Shown here: piece by piece, positions 32,336 through 41,554 of the stretch
How positions within the stretch are numbered: position 1 is the first letter of the stretch
Layout of the letters: every line of letters starts with the position of its first letter
Assembly (NCBI GenBank): GCA_963695545.1
Contig: OY968796.1
Coordinates: 2,880,001-2,944,000 of the forward strand
DNA length: 64,000 bases
Reading direction: 5' to 3'
DNA from: Terriglobia bacterium
GTDB taxonomy: Bacteria; Acidobacteriota; Terriglobia; Acidiferrales; UBA7541
Translations under genes and position numbers: made by a program
The notes under the pieces: generated by a model
Told to the model about the DNA's origin: nothing
Seen by the model: only the letters and a program-made list of their open reading frames with translations
Database searches by the model: none

Positions 32336-33158
32336 CTCTTCCGCCGCAGGTGACGAGGGCCGCGGCCGCGGGGCTGCGGAGCGCGCGGCGTCGCGCGACG
32401 CGGCGAGTTCTGAGCTCGTCGAACTCGTGCAATCCGCGCGCGATGAAGCGCTCGCCGCGCTGCTCGAAAATCCCGATTTCGATCAAGATCACGCCGCGCT
32501 GCTTCCGATTCTTCTCGATCGCAAAAATCTGCCCGAGGGCATTCTCGAACGCATCTCGAAACGCACGCGCTGGATGGGCGACGCGGCGGTGCAGCGCAAA
32601 CTCGCGGCGCACGCGCACACGCCGCGGCGCGTGGCAATGCGCTTGCTGCGCGAATTCCATCTGCTCGATCTTGTGCAATTCAGTTTGCAGCCGGCCACGC
32701 CGCCCGAGGCACGGCGCTTGGCGGACGAATTGCTGGTCGCGCGGATTGGTCAGTTGCCGCTGGGCCAAAAGAAAATGCTGGCGCGGCGCGGCTCGGCGCA
32801 AGTAGCGTGCGCGCTGCTGGCCGACGCCTCCCCGGAGGTTGTGGCGGCCGCGCTCGACAATTCGTTCCTCACCGAAGCGCAGGTGCTGAAGGCGCTCGCG
32901 CGGCGCTCGCTCGAGGCCCGCGCGATTTCAGCGATCGTGGAGCATAAAAAGTGGTCGCAACACCGGGCGGTGCGAATGGCTGTGGTTGCGCACGCGCGCG
33001 CGCCGCTGAACGTGGTGATGCCCATATTGCCGGAATTGCCGCGGCGCGATCTTGAAGACCTGGCCGCGCTGCCGAATTTGCCGGCGAGCGCGAAGCAATA
33101 TTTCCAGAACGAACTCGCGCGGCGATTGCGTGCCGCGAAGAAGCCGGGCGCGCCCTAA
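32316..33158 (+). CDS. hypothetical alpha-helical repeat protein
   Basis: 280-aa ORF overlapping the kinase stop; LLENP/AHTP/LDNSFLTE helical repeats. Confidence 0.7.
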   Translation: MAERTASSSAAGDEGRGRGAAERAASRDAASSELVELVQSARDEALAALLENPDFDQDHAALLPILLDRKNLPEGILERISKRTRWMGDAAVQRKLAAHAHTPRRVAMRLLREFHLLDLVQFSLQPATPPEARRLADELLVARIGQLPLGQKKMLARRGSAQVACALLADASPEVVAAALDNSFLTEAQVLKALARRSLEARAISAIVEHKKWSQHRAVRMAVVAHARAPLNVVMPILPELPRRDLEDLAALPNLPASAKQYFQNELARRLRAAKKPGAP

Positions 33159-33328
33159 ATCGGCCGCGTCGCGTCCAGTTGCATCATTTCAAATAGTGAT
33201 ACGATACTGGGCGAGAAACATGTGCTTCACTGTGCACTTCGGGCCGCGAACTTGCCTTGACACCACGGTATCCGGCGCTTAGCATCCAAGCTCAGAACCA
33301 GTCCGACATCTTGGGAAGGGTCGGGTTT

Positions 33329-33661
33329 ATGGAAACTCACCCTAGCGCTCCTCGGGCAACAGAGCGGCGGTTGGCTCGTCGCTGCACGTTCGACGCGCCC
33401 CTGGAGATCGAGTGGGGCTCCTCCACTTTGCCCGCCCGCGTTTCGCAAATCAGCGCATCGGGAATGTTTATTCAGATCGACCAACCACTTTGGGTGGGCG
33501 CGCGTTTTGAGGCGCGGCTGGGCGTGAAGCCTCCGCTATTGCTGCAGTGCGTGGTGCGTCGCGTGGCGCCTGGAAAGGGAATGGGCGTTAGTTTTGAAGT
33601 CGTCGAACCGAAGGGCATCGAGCGATTGGAGGAGTTGGTAGCGTCTTTGCTTCGCTCATGA
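33329..33661 (+). CDS. PilZ domain protein
   Basis: ERRLARR (RxxxR), QISASG (D/NxSxxG variant), GMGVSF. Confidence 0.85.
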   Translation: METHPSAPRATERRLARRCTFDAPLEIEWGSSTLPARVSQISASGMFIQIDQPLWVGARFEARLGVKPPLLLQCVVRRVAPGKGMGVSFEVVEPKGIERLEELVASLLRS

Positions 33662-34257
33662 CTCCACGCCGCGCGCATTGCCTGGAATGCGGAGAGGAAC
33701 GTTCCTCCGAGCAGTGTTTATCCTGTGGGCTGACCGTCGTGGCGGCCGAGATTTTATTTCGCAGGCGTTTGGTGAACCGCACGGCTTGGTTCCTTGTGGG
33801 CGCGGTGGTTTTCGTTCCCGCCAGTCAAGTTTATCCGCCGCTTGAGATCGACCGCATGTGGATTTTCGCGGGCACGCTGTTCTTCGTGACGCTCGGCCTC
33901 GCGTTCTGGCTGGACTATCGCGCGCGGCGTCATGAAGGAGTGGAGATTTTGAAGCGCGTCTGTTCCGGGTTAGTTCCGGTGCTGTGGGTGTTGGCGGCGT
34001 TGCTTTATGCGAACGGGCGATTCGATCGAAGCCAGCCTGTAGCGCACAGCGCCAACGTGGTCGGCTCGCTCAGCATGGCGGGCTTGCCTCGGAGTTATCG
34101 CCTGATCGTCACGTCGTGGCGGGAAGGCCATATGTTTGAGCGTGTGTCGGTGGATCGAATGGACTTCGACCGTTTCCGATTGGGCGACGGAGTGGTGGTC
34201 CTGGTTCAGGAAGGACTCGCAGGAATCCCCTGGGTCTATGGCGTTAATCGTCCGTAA
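33658..34257 (+). CDS. hypothetical membrane protein with N-terminal zinc-ribbon-like CxxC...CxxC
   Basis: CLECG...CLSCG then 3 TM; ATGA-coupled to PilZ. Confidence 0.75.
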   Translation: MTPRRAHCLECGEERSSEQCLSCGLTVVAAEILFRRRLVNRTAWFLVGAVVFVPASQVYPPLEIDRMWIFAGTLFFVTLGLAFWLDYRARRHEGVEILKRVCSGLVPVLWVLAALLYANGRFDRSQPVAHSANVVGSLSMAGLPRSYRLIVTSWREGHMFERVSVDRMDFDRFRLGDGVVVLVQEGLAGIPWVYGVNRP

Positions 34258-34951
34258 TCTCCGAAGTATCGCGTACCGCGCAAATTCGCATCGGTTGTTC
34301 TGCAGATCGCTTCTACTAGTTCCGTGGATTCTCGCGGCGCTGGTTTCGCCGGCGGCGTTCGCCGCGCCAAACGCGCCAGGAGCGTGCCGCATCATCGTGG
34401 TCGGCTACACCGGCGGCACGGAGACGCCGAATTATTCGATGTCCGGCATTGTGCAGATCCGCGACCGCTTGCAGGGCTTGAATGATGCCGGCCTTTGCGC
34501 GCACACCTTCTCCGCGTACGAATGGTGGCACGCGTATGGCTGGGTGCGCTCGCAATTCGGCGCCACCGGGCGCGGGCGCATGACGCCGCAAGAGGTCGCG
34601 CAAGGGCCGAAGGTCGTGCTCTACGGCCATAGCTTGGGAGGATGGGCGACGCTGTGGCTCGCGCGCAGGCTCGAAGGTCAGGGCGTGAGCGTCGAGCTTA
34701 CGGTGCAGATGGACAGCGTGGGCTTCACGGACAAGACCGTGCCGGCGAACGTGAAGGAAGCGGCCAACTACTTCGAGAAGGACACTTTCGTGCTGCGCGG
34801 GCGCGATACGATTTGCGTCGGCGACAGCAACAAGACGCAACTCCTGGGAAATTTTCAGGTCCCCGGCGTGGTGCACTACAACATTTCTCGCGCGCCTGAG
34901 ATTTCGGATTTGATTGTCGACAAAGTGCAGGAAATTTACGACGACCCGTAG
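34238..34951 (+). CDS. exported alpha/beta-hydrolase-like protein
   Basis: signal peptide, YGHSLGG nucleophile elbow, late His (VHYNI). Confidence 0.7.
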   Translation: MALIVRNLRSIAYRANSHRLFCRSLLLVPWILAALVSPAAFAAPNAPGACRIIVVGYTGGTETPNYSMSGIVQIRDRLQGLNDAGLCAHTFSAYEWWHAYGWVRSQFGATGRGRMTPQEVAQGPKVVLYGHSLGGWATLWLARRLEGQGVSVELTVQMDSVGFTDKTVPANVKEAANYFEKDTFVLRGRDTICVGDSNKTQLLGNFQVPGVVHYNISRAPEISDLIVDKVQEIYDDP

Positions 34952-36327
34952 GTCTTGCGCCGCAGAAATTCGCCCGCGCCGGCGCGCCCCAGAAATTTTC
35001 CGTTTTCCACGAGAACGCGGCCGCGCGAGAGCACGATCTTCGCCACGCCTTTGACTTTGATGCCCTCGAACATCGAGTAATCCACGCGCATGTGGTGCGT
35101 CTTCGCGCTCAACACCTGCTCTTCGTTCGGATCGAAAATCACAAGGTCCGCATCGGAGCCCACCGCGATCGTGCCCTTGCGCGGATACAAACCGAACAGT
35201 TTGGCCGGCGCGGTCGATACCAGTTGCACGAAGCGATTGGGCGAAAAATGTCCGCCGTGCACGCCGCCGCTGTAAATCAAGCTCAAGCGATGCTCCACGC
35301 CCGGGCCGCCGTTCGGAATTTTGGTGAAATCGCCCTTGCCGAGTTCCTTCTGCTCTTTGTAACAGAACGGGCAATGGTCGGTGGAAACCACTTGCAGCGT
35401 GTCGCGCGCCAATCCCTGCCATAATTTTTCCTGATGCCATTTTTCGCGCAGCGGAGGCGTGAAAACGTACTTCGCGCCCTCGAAGCCCGGCGCGTCCATA
35501 TTCTCGAGCGAAAGATATAGGTATTGCGGGCAGGTTTCCGCGTAGACCGGCAATCCGCGGTCGCGCGCCTCGCGCACTTTCTCGAGCGCCTCATTGCACG
35601 AAAGATGCACGATGTAAACGGGCGCTCCGGCCATTTCCGCAAGCGCAATCGCGCGTCCCGTGGCTTCGGCTTCCGCGGTGGTGGGCCGCGTCAACGCGTG
35701 ATATTTCGGCGCGGTTTTGCCTTCGGCCAGCGCGCGTTTCACGATCACGTCGATCGCGCCGCCATTTTCCGCGTGCATACAGATCAGGCCGTTGTATTTG
35801 GCCGCTTGCGACATGGCCTTGAAGATCGAGGCGTCGTCCAGCATGAACACGCCCGGATAGGCCATGAACAGTTTGAAGCTCGGCACGCCCTCGCTCACCA
35901 GAGTGCCCATTTCTTCGAGCTGCGCGTCGCCCAGATCGGTGATGATGCAGTGGAACGAGTAGCCGGCAACCGCTTTCGACACGGCCTTGGCCATCCACGT
36001 GTCGAACGCCTGGTGCAGCGATTGCCCTTTGTACTGAATCGCGAAATCCACGAGCGTGGTGGTGCCGCCGAACGCCGCGGCGCGCGTGCCGGTCTCGAAA
36101 TCGTCGGCGCTGGTTGTGCCGCCGAACGGCATGTCGAGATGCGTGTGCACGTCGATCCCGCCCGGGAGCACGAGGCGCCCGGTGGCGTCGAGCACCTTGT
36201 CGGCATTTTCGACGGGGAGGGAAGCGGCGAGGTCGGTGATTTTTCCGCCGACAATTCCGACGTCGCTCGCAAACGTATCCGTCGCGGTGACAACTGTCCC
36301 GTTCTTGATAATGGTGTCAAATCGCAT
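34936..36327 (-). CDS. hydA: dihydropyrimidinase
   Basis: PGGIDVHTH, SFKLFMAY, HAENG, STDHCPF, IPNGGPGVE. Confidence 0.96.
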   Translation of the reverse strand: MRFDTIIKNGTVVTATDTFASDVGIVGGKITDLAASLPVENADKVLDATGRLVLPGGIDVHTHLDMPFGGTTSADDFETGTRAAAFGGTTTLVDFAIQYKGQSLHQAFDTWMAKAVSKAVAGYSFHCIITDLGDAQLEEMGTLVSEGVPSFKLFMAYPGVFMLDDASIFKAMSQAAKYNGLICMHAENGGAIDVIVKRALAEGKTAPKYHALTRPTTAEAEATGRAIALAEMAGAPVYIVHLSCNEALEKVREARDRGLPVYAETCPQYLYLSLENMDAPGFEGAKYVFTPPLREKWHQEKLWQGLARDTLQVVSTDHCPFCYKEQKELGKGDFTKIPNGGPGVEHRLSLIYSGGVHGGHFSPNRFVQLVSTAPAKLFGLYPRKGTIAVGSDADLVIFDPNEEQVLSAKTHHMRVDYSMFEGIKVKGVAKIVLSRGRVLVENGKFLGRAGAGEFLRRKTYGSS

Positions 36328-36515
36328 CGCAGAATTTTAGGTCACGCGCCACGCCACCGCAAGCGCGCGTGCGCGCAACACGTGCCTTGCTTGCGGCTCC
36401 CGCATGAACTTTCATGGCGTGCGACGCCGCTCCGGTGTACATTCTTTCGGCGAAAGCTTGCAAACTCGACGCGCCTGATACGACGTGGTAGCGGCGAGGA
36501 GACTCGTAAATCATC

Positions 36516-37178
36516 ATGGCGAAACTCGAAAAAATCGGATTGGTCGTGCACGCGGAAGAAGGAGTCGGGCTGCTGCACCGGCTCACCGGCGTGATCGGCG
36601 AGCACCGGGGCAATATCGTCTCCGTTGCCATCATCGATAATTCTCCGCCCGAAGCGCAGGTCTACTTCGAGATCGAGTTGCCCGCGGAATTGCCGAAGCT
36701 CATCGCCGATCTCATGAAGTTGCCAGTTGTGCGCAGCGTCGAAGAGGTCAAGAGCCTCGAGCGCATCTACGGCAAGCGCATCATCATCATGGGCGGCGGC
36801 GCGCAAGTCGGGCAGGTGGCCATCGGCGCCGTCTCTGAGGCCGATCGCCACAACATTCGCGGCGAGCTGATTTCGGTCGACACGATTCCTCTCGTCGGCG
36901 AGCAAAATCTGGCGGACGCCGTGCGCGCCGTGGCGCGATTGCCGCGTGTGAAGGCGCTGGTGCTGGCCGGCGCGCTAATGGGCGGCGCGATCGAAAAAGC
37001 GGTGCTCGAAGTGCGCCGCACGGGGCTCCTCGTGATCAGTCTGAATATGGCCGGCAGCGTGCCTGACGCCGCCGATTTGGTAGTGAGCGATCCGGTGCAA
37101 GCCGGAGTGATGGCCGTGATGGCCGTGGCCGAAACCGCCTCGTTCAACGTAGCGCGCCTCAAGCGCCGCGTTTTCTAG
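36516..37178 (+). CDS. ACT domain + DUF5612-like protein (COG2150-like, mostly archaeal family)
   Basis: N-terminal ACT-like GLLHRLTGVIGEHRGNI; GGGAQVGQVAIGAVSEADRHNIRGELISVDTIPLVGE. Confidence 0.8.
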   Translation: MAKLEKIGLVVHAEEGVGLLHRLTGVIGEHRGNIVSVAIIDNSPPEAQVYFEIELPAELPKLIADLMKLPVVRSVEEVKSLERIYGKRIIIMGGGAQVGQVAIGAVSEADRHNIRGELISVDTIPLVGEQNLADAVRAVARLPRVKALVLAGALMGGAIEKAVLEVRRTGLLVISLNMAGSVPDAADLVVSDPVQAGVMAVMAVAETASFNVARLKRRVF

Positions 37179-37187
37179 CTCAACGCC

Positions 37188-37931
37188 TCACGTCACGCGC
37201 ACATCGAAAATCGTCAGCCAATATTGAAGCGATTGAAGCGCGAACCCGCAAAAAATCAGTCCCACGCCGACGGCCCCAAGCCAGCGCTGCGGAAGATTAT
37301 CTGCATAATATTCGATGAAGGGAATGAACGTGAGTCCAAACGCCGAGACGATGCCCGTGACGAGTCCAATGCGCAACGCGAAAGCCCATGGGTGGTCCAC
37401 GTGATGTACAAGCAGACCGCAAACCAGCGCGGCCGCGGTGTTTCCGGCGGTGCGCACCACCGTGCCCCAGAACTGGCGGCGAGTTAAGCGCGGCCGGCGA
37501 TTCGCAGCATAATCCTGCGAAGGACGCGTCCCGCGAGAATAACCGAAGATTTGCCCAGCCGTGACGAGTATGGCAAATGCGATCGCGAAATCGGGCCCCA
37601 CAATCCTGTACAGTCCGGCCGCAAAAGCGAGTCCGCGAACCGCGGCGAAGAAACCTTCCCACGGCAAGGAGTAATGTTTGAGCCCGCGCGCGACGCGATT
37701 GAGTTCGATCGAGATCGTGATGCCGGTCGCGGCCCCCGCCACAAAGCCGAAGTACGCGCCGAGAGCAACGCCATAGCCGACGCCGAAGACGATGGAATAC
37801 GTCACCGCGCGCGTCAGCAAGCGCAGCGGCCCGTGCTGGCCACCCAACAAATCGTACGCAAGATAGAGGCTGCCGAGTACATCCAGGCAGCTGCCCGCGA
37901 TGCTTACGGCCGCGACTGTGTGATGGTCCAT
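37188..37931 (-). CDS. hypothetical multi-pass membrane protein
   Basis: ~7 hydrophobic Gly-rich helices. Confidence 0.75.
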   Translation of the reverse strand: MDHHTVAAVSIAGSCLDVLGSLYLAYDLLGGQHGPLRLLTRAVTYSIVFGVGYGVALGAYFGFVAGAATGITISIELNRVARGLKHYSLPWEGFFAAVRGLAFAAGLYRIVGPDFAIAFAILVTAGQIFGYSRGTRPSQDYAANRRPRLTRRQFWGTVVRTAGNTAAALVCGLLVHHVDHPWAFALRIGLVTGIVSAFGLTFIPFIEYYADNLPQRWLGAVGVGLIFCGFALQSLQYWLTIFDVRVT

Positions 37932-38138
37932 GGTCACGAGTGGCTCACAGCGTGACAATATACACTGGCATGGCCAACGCAAAAGCTTCTCTCGCCAAAG
38001 AGTTTTAGCCGCTCTGCCTCCATCCGCTTTGCGGAAATTCGTCGCAAGCCTCGCGCGGCGGGCGGGCGCGGGTGTACATTTCTGGCGCGCAACGTGGCGG
38101 CGTTCGATTAACGCTGACGCCGCGAGGAGAATGCAACG

Positions 38139-39734
38139 ATGATTCGCCTGCCGCTAAAATTCTGGATGATGATCGCGATCCTTGCCGGCGGCGTGCTCGC
38201 CCAAGGCCGCGGCTCCGACGCGCGGGCGCAAGGCGCGATGGCCGACGCGCCAGCAGCGGCTCCGACAACGCGATCAACGTGCACGATGACGAGCGTGCAG
38301 GCGATTGCGCCGGCTGACACCACGATCACTGCTGTGGCGCTGACCGCGGCCACGGCGACTCTACCGGAATACTGCCGCGTTGATGCTTACGTGGCGACGC
38401 TGGGGAATACCGTGCCGTTCCGATTGGGATTGCCGACGGCGTGGAATGAAAAATTTCTGTTCGTGGGCGTGGGCGGATTCGCCGGAACGATTCCATCGAT
38501 CGATTCGGGCTTGCTGCGCGGATACGCCACGGCGGCGACGGACACGGGCCACCAGGCCGCGAAGAGCACCGACGCGACTTGGGCGTATCACAATCTGCCG
38601 AAGGAAATCGATTATGGTTACAGAGGCACGCACGTCACCGCCGTCGCCGCGAAAATTATCTCGGAAAAATTCTACGGCGAGCGATTGCGCGAGGCTTATT
38701 TCAACGGTTGCTCAAACGGAGGCCGGCAAGCGCTGATGGAAGCGCAGCGCTATCCCGGCGATTTCAACGGTATCGTTGCCGGAGATCCGTCGTTCGTGGT
38801 CGACGGAAATATCAACCGCGCCTGGGCATACCAGGCGCTTTTCTCTGACGCCGATCACTACATTCCGGCGAGCAAGCTGCCGCTGATCGCTTCCGCGATC
38901 ACGGCGGAGTGCGATGGCAAGGATGGCTTGGTGGATGGCCTGATCGACGATCCACGCAATTGCGGATTCAAGGCGGCGACACTGCTTTGCGCGAAAGGCG
39001 ACGAGGCGAATTGCTTGACCGCGGGCCAAGTGGACAGCTTCGAGAAAATCACCGCTGGTCCATCCGACGCGCATGGGAAACAAATCGCGCGCGGATTCAC
39101 GCTCGGCGGCGAAGATGGCCCGGGTGGTTGGGCACAGTGGGTCGTGGGAACCAGCGCGACCCAGCCTGACGCCGAAGGATTCGCGTACATGCAGGATTTT
39201 CTGCGATACCTCGCGTTTCCCGACAACCAAAATCCGAATTTCGATTATCGTACGTTCAATTTCGCAACCGACATGCCGTTGCTCGCAAAGGCCACGGAGA
39301 TCCTGAGGCCAGGCGATCCGAATCTCGCGCCATTTGCAGCGACCGGCGGGAAGCTGCTGATGTACCACGGCTGGGCCGATCCTTCGCTCTCCACGCTGAC
39401 CACGATCGATTACTACAACGAGGTCGTCGCAGCCAGCGGCGGCCACGCAGCCGCCGATGCGTTCGTGCGATTTTTCACCGTGCCGGGAATGCATCACTGT
39501 TCCGGCGGGCCGGGGCCGAACACGTTTGATTCTCTCGCGGCGCTCGAGCTGTGGGTCGAGCACGGGACGCCGCCGGACAAAATCATCGCGACGCATCGCA
39601 CAAACGGCGTTGTGGATCGCACGCGGCCTTTGTGCCCCTATCCGCAAGTGGCGCGCTACACCGGAACCGGCAGCATCGACGATGCGGCAAATTTTGTGTG
39701 CAGAATGCCGGAGCAAGCGAAGCCCGCTCAGTAG
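38139..39734 (+). CDS. tannase/feruloyl esterase family hydrolase
   Basis: TDTGH, GCSNGGRQ, HGWAD, GMHHCSGG, RPLCPYP. Confidence 0.95.
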   Translation: MIRLPLKFWMMIAILAGGVLAQGRGSDARAQGAMADAPAAAPTTRSTCTMTSVQAIAPADTTITAVALTAATATLPEYCRVDAYVATLGNTVPFRLGLPTAWNEKFLFVGVGGFAGTIPSIDSGLLRGYATAATDTGHQAAKSTDATWAYHNLPKEIDYGYRGTHVTAVAAKIISEKFYGERLREAYFNGCSNGGRQALMEAQRYPGDFNGIVAGDPSFVVDGNINRAWAYQALFSDADHYIPASKLPLIASAITAECDGKDGLVDGLIDDPRNCGFKAATLLCAKGDEANCLTAGQVDSFEKITAGPSDAHGKQIARGFTLGGEDGPGGWAQWVVGTSATQPDAEGFAYMQDFLRYLAFPDNQNPNFDYRTFNFATDMPLLAKATEILRPGDPNLAPFAATGGKLLMYHGWADPSLSTLTTIDYYNEVVAASGGHAAADAFVRFFTVPGMHHCSGGPGPNTFDSLAALELWVEHGTPPDKIIATHRTNGVVDRTRPLCPYPQVARYTGTGSIDDAANFVCRMPEQAKPAQ

Positions 39735-39782
39735 ACCCGCGAAAATCGCCCCAACGAGCGTTGCAGGGGAAAATTATCAGCG

Positions 39783-41252
39783 CTACTTCGCCACGCGGTT
39801 GCGGTGTCCCTTTTCCTGCTGCGGAGCCTGCTGATCCGCGCCCGGAAAAGTCGGCGAGGGTAGCCTATTCGTCGAATACTTCGCCAGCGTGAGCGGGCCG
39901 GTCGTGTCGGGAAGCTCTGGCGGCGGCGCGGTCGCGTCGTTGAATCGGAACGGCGCTGTCAGATCGCCGAATGTGCTTCGGCGCCAATCGCTGATGTTCG
40001 GTTCGCGCACGCCGGTGAATTTCTCCAGGAACTGCAGCACCGAGGTGTGATCGAAAAGCTCGCTGCACACGTAACCGCCCGCGGTCCACGGCGAAACGAT
40101 GATGCAGGGCACCCGAAATCCTCCGCCGATCGGCAAGCCGGCAACGAATTCGCCGGGCCTGCCCGCGGGAGGAACCGGCGGCGGCACGTGATCGAAAATT
40201 CCATCGTTCTCGTCGTAATTCAGTATGAATGCGGTTTTCGCCCACACCTCGGGATTCGCGGCGATGGCATCGAGTTTCGCGGCGACGAAGGCCGCGCCGT
40301 CCGCGGGCATGTAATCGGGATGTTCGGATTGCGTGCTCGTGGGGATGATCCATGAGACGGCGGGCAATTTGTCGTTGATCGCGTCGTACTCGAATTGGCC
40401 GAGCGGGCCGCGCATCATTCCTTTCAGGTAGAGCTGGGGATTTCTGTCGGCGTCCTGAAATTGTTTGAAATTCGCGAGCATGTTGCAGAAATAATTGTCT
40501 TCCTGCTGATAGACCTTCCAACTCACGCCCGCGGCCTCCAGGCGCTCGGCGTAGGTCGTCCATGTGTAACCGCCCGGCGGCGTGACGTTCTTAACGATCG
40601 GGCCGCGATTCTGTCCGTTGGGATCGATCGTGCCGGTCATCCACATCATGCGATTCGGCCAGGTCGGTCCGAGCACCGAACAGTGATAGGCGTCGCATAT
40701 CGTGAAAGCTTCCGCCAGTGCGAATTGGAAGGGGATATCCGCGCGCGTGTAATACCCCATGCAGTACGGTCCGGCCCCGCCGTCCGCTTTGCGATGCGCT
40801 GCCATCCACCCATCCATTTTGCCGCCGTTCCAGGCGGCGTGTTGCACGCTCCAGGCGTGGCTGGTGGAAGGCGTCAGTTGAGCGCTGCTCGTGCGCGTGT
40901 CCAGATGAAAGGGCAGCAAATATCCATTCGGATTTTCGACGTCCGGCTGATAGAACGCGGAGCGGCCGGTCGATAGCGTGATGGCCGTCGGATCGTCGAA
41001 GCCGCGCACGCCCGCGAGCGTGCCGAAGTAGTGATCGAACGAGCGATTTTCCTGCATCAGCAACACGACATGCTTGATGTCGCGAATCGAACCGCTCGAC
41101 GGCGGGCCTTGCGCCAGCACGCGCCGGAGGTTCGGCGGCATGAGCGTCTCGGCGGCGGCCGCGACGGCGAGCGTGGCCGCGCCTTTCAGAAGGCGACGGC
41201 GCGTGAGTGTTGTTCGAGAATCGGCAGGATCGAAGGGACGATTCGTTTTCAT
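39783..41252 (-). CDS. Tat-exported phospholipase C/phosphoesterase
   Basis: TRRRLLK Tat motif; MQENRSFDHYFG, PTWPNR, SEHP, YDENDG, DHTS. Confidence 0.94.
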   Translation of the reverse strand: MKTNRPFDPADSRTTLTRRRLLKGAATLAVAAAAETLMPPNLRRVLAQGPPSSGSIRDIKHVVLLMQENRSFDHYFGTLAGVRGFDDPTAITLSTGRSAFYQPDVENPNGYLLPFHLDTRTSSAQLTPSTSHAWSVQHAAWNGGKMDGWMAAHRKADGGAGPYCMGYYTRADIPFQFALAEAFTICDAYHCSVLGPTWPNRMMWMTGTIDPNGQNRGPIVKNVTPPGGYTWTTYAERLEAAGVSWKVYQQEDNYFCNMLANFKQFQDADRNPQLYLKGMMRGPLGQFEYDAINDKLPAVSWIIPTSTQSEHPDYMPADGAAFVAAKLDAIAANPEVWAKTAFILNYDENDGIFDHVPPPVPPAGRPGEFVAGLPIGGGFRVPCIIVSPWTAGGYVCSELFDHTSVLQFLEKFTGVREPNISDWRRSTFGDLTAPFRFNDATAPPPELPDTTGPLTLAKYSTNRLPSPTFPGADQQAPQQEKGHRNRVAK

Positions 41253-41451
41253 GGGCGCGAAGTTCCTCGGTTCCAGGAACGAGAAATAAATCCCGCTGCA
41301 CCACAACATTACCCGCATTCGGCGGCGCAAATCCATGAATTTTCCGTGAATGAATACGCAGGGGCCCTGTTGCACATTTCTTAGCGCGCTCGGTGAAATG
41401 ATTTTGTAGTTCTGCGGCAGGTGCTAGAATTCCGCGTAGCGGATTTTGTTG

Positions 41452-41495
41452 GCAACCCGGTGGGAGCACGATCTTCCCGCCGGGTTGCGCGTTTT
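41452..41495 (+). promoter_or_regulatory. 15-bp stem-loop with short T tail in the preT leader (possible attenuator)
   Basis: GCAACCCGGTGGGAG-cacgatc-TTCCCGCCGGGTTGC-gcgtttt, downstream of TGCTAGAAT at 41422. Confidence 0.45.
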
Positions 41496-41554
41496 AGAGC
41501 AGGCGCGGGCGCCACTGGGCGCCACCGATCCGGGAAGGTTGGAAAAGGACAAAC

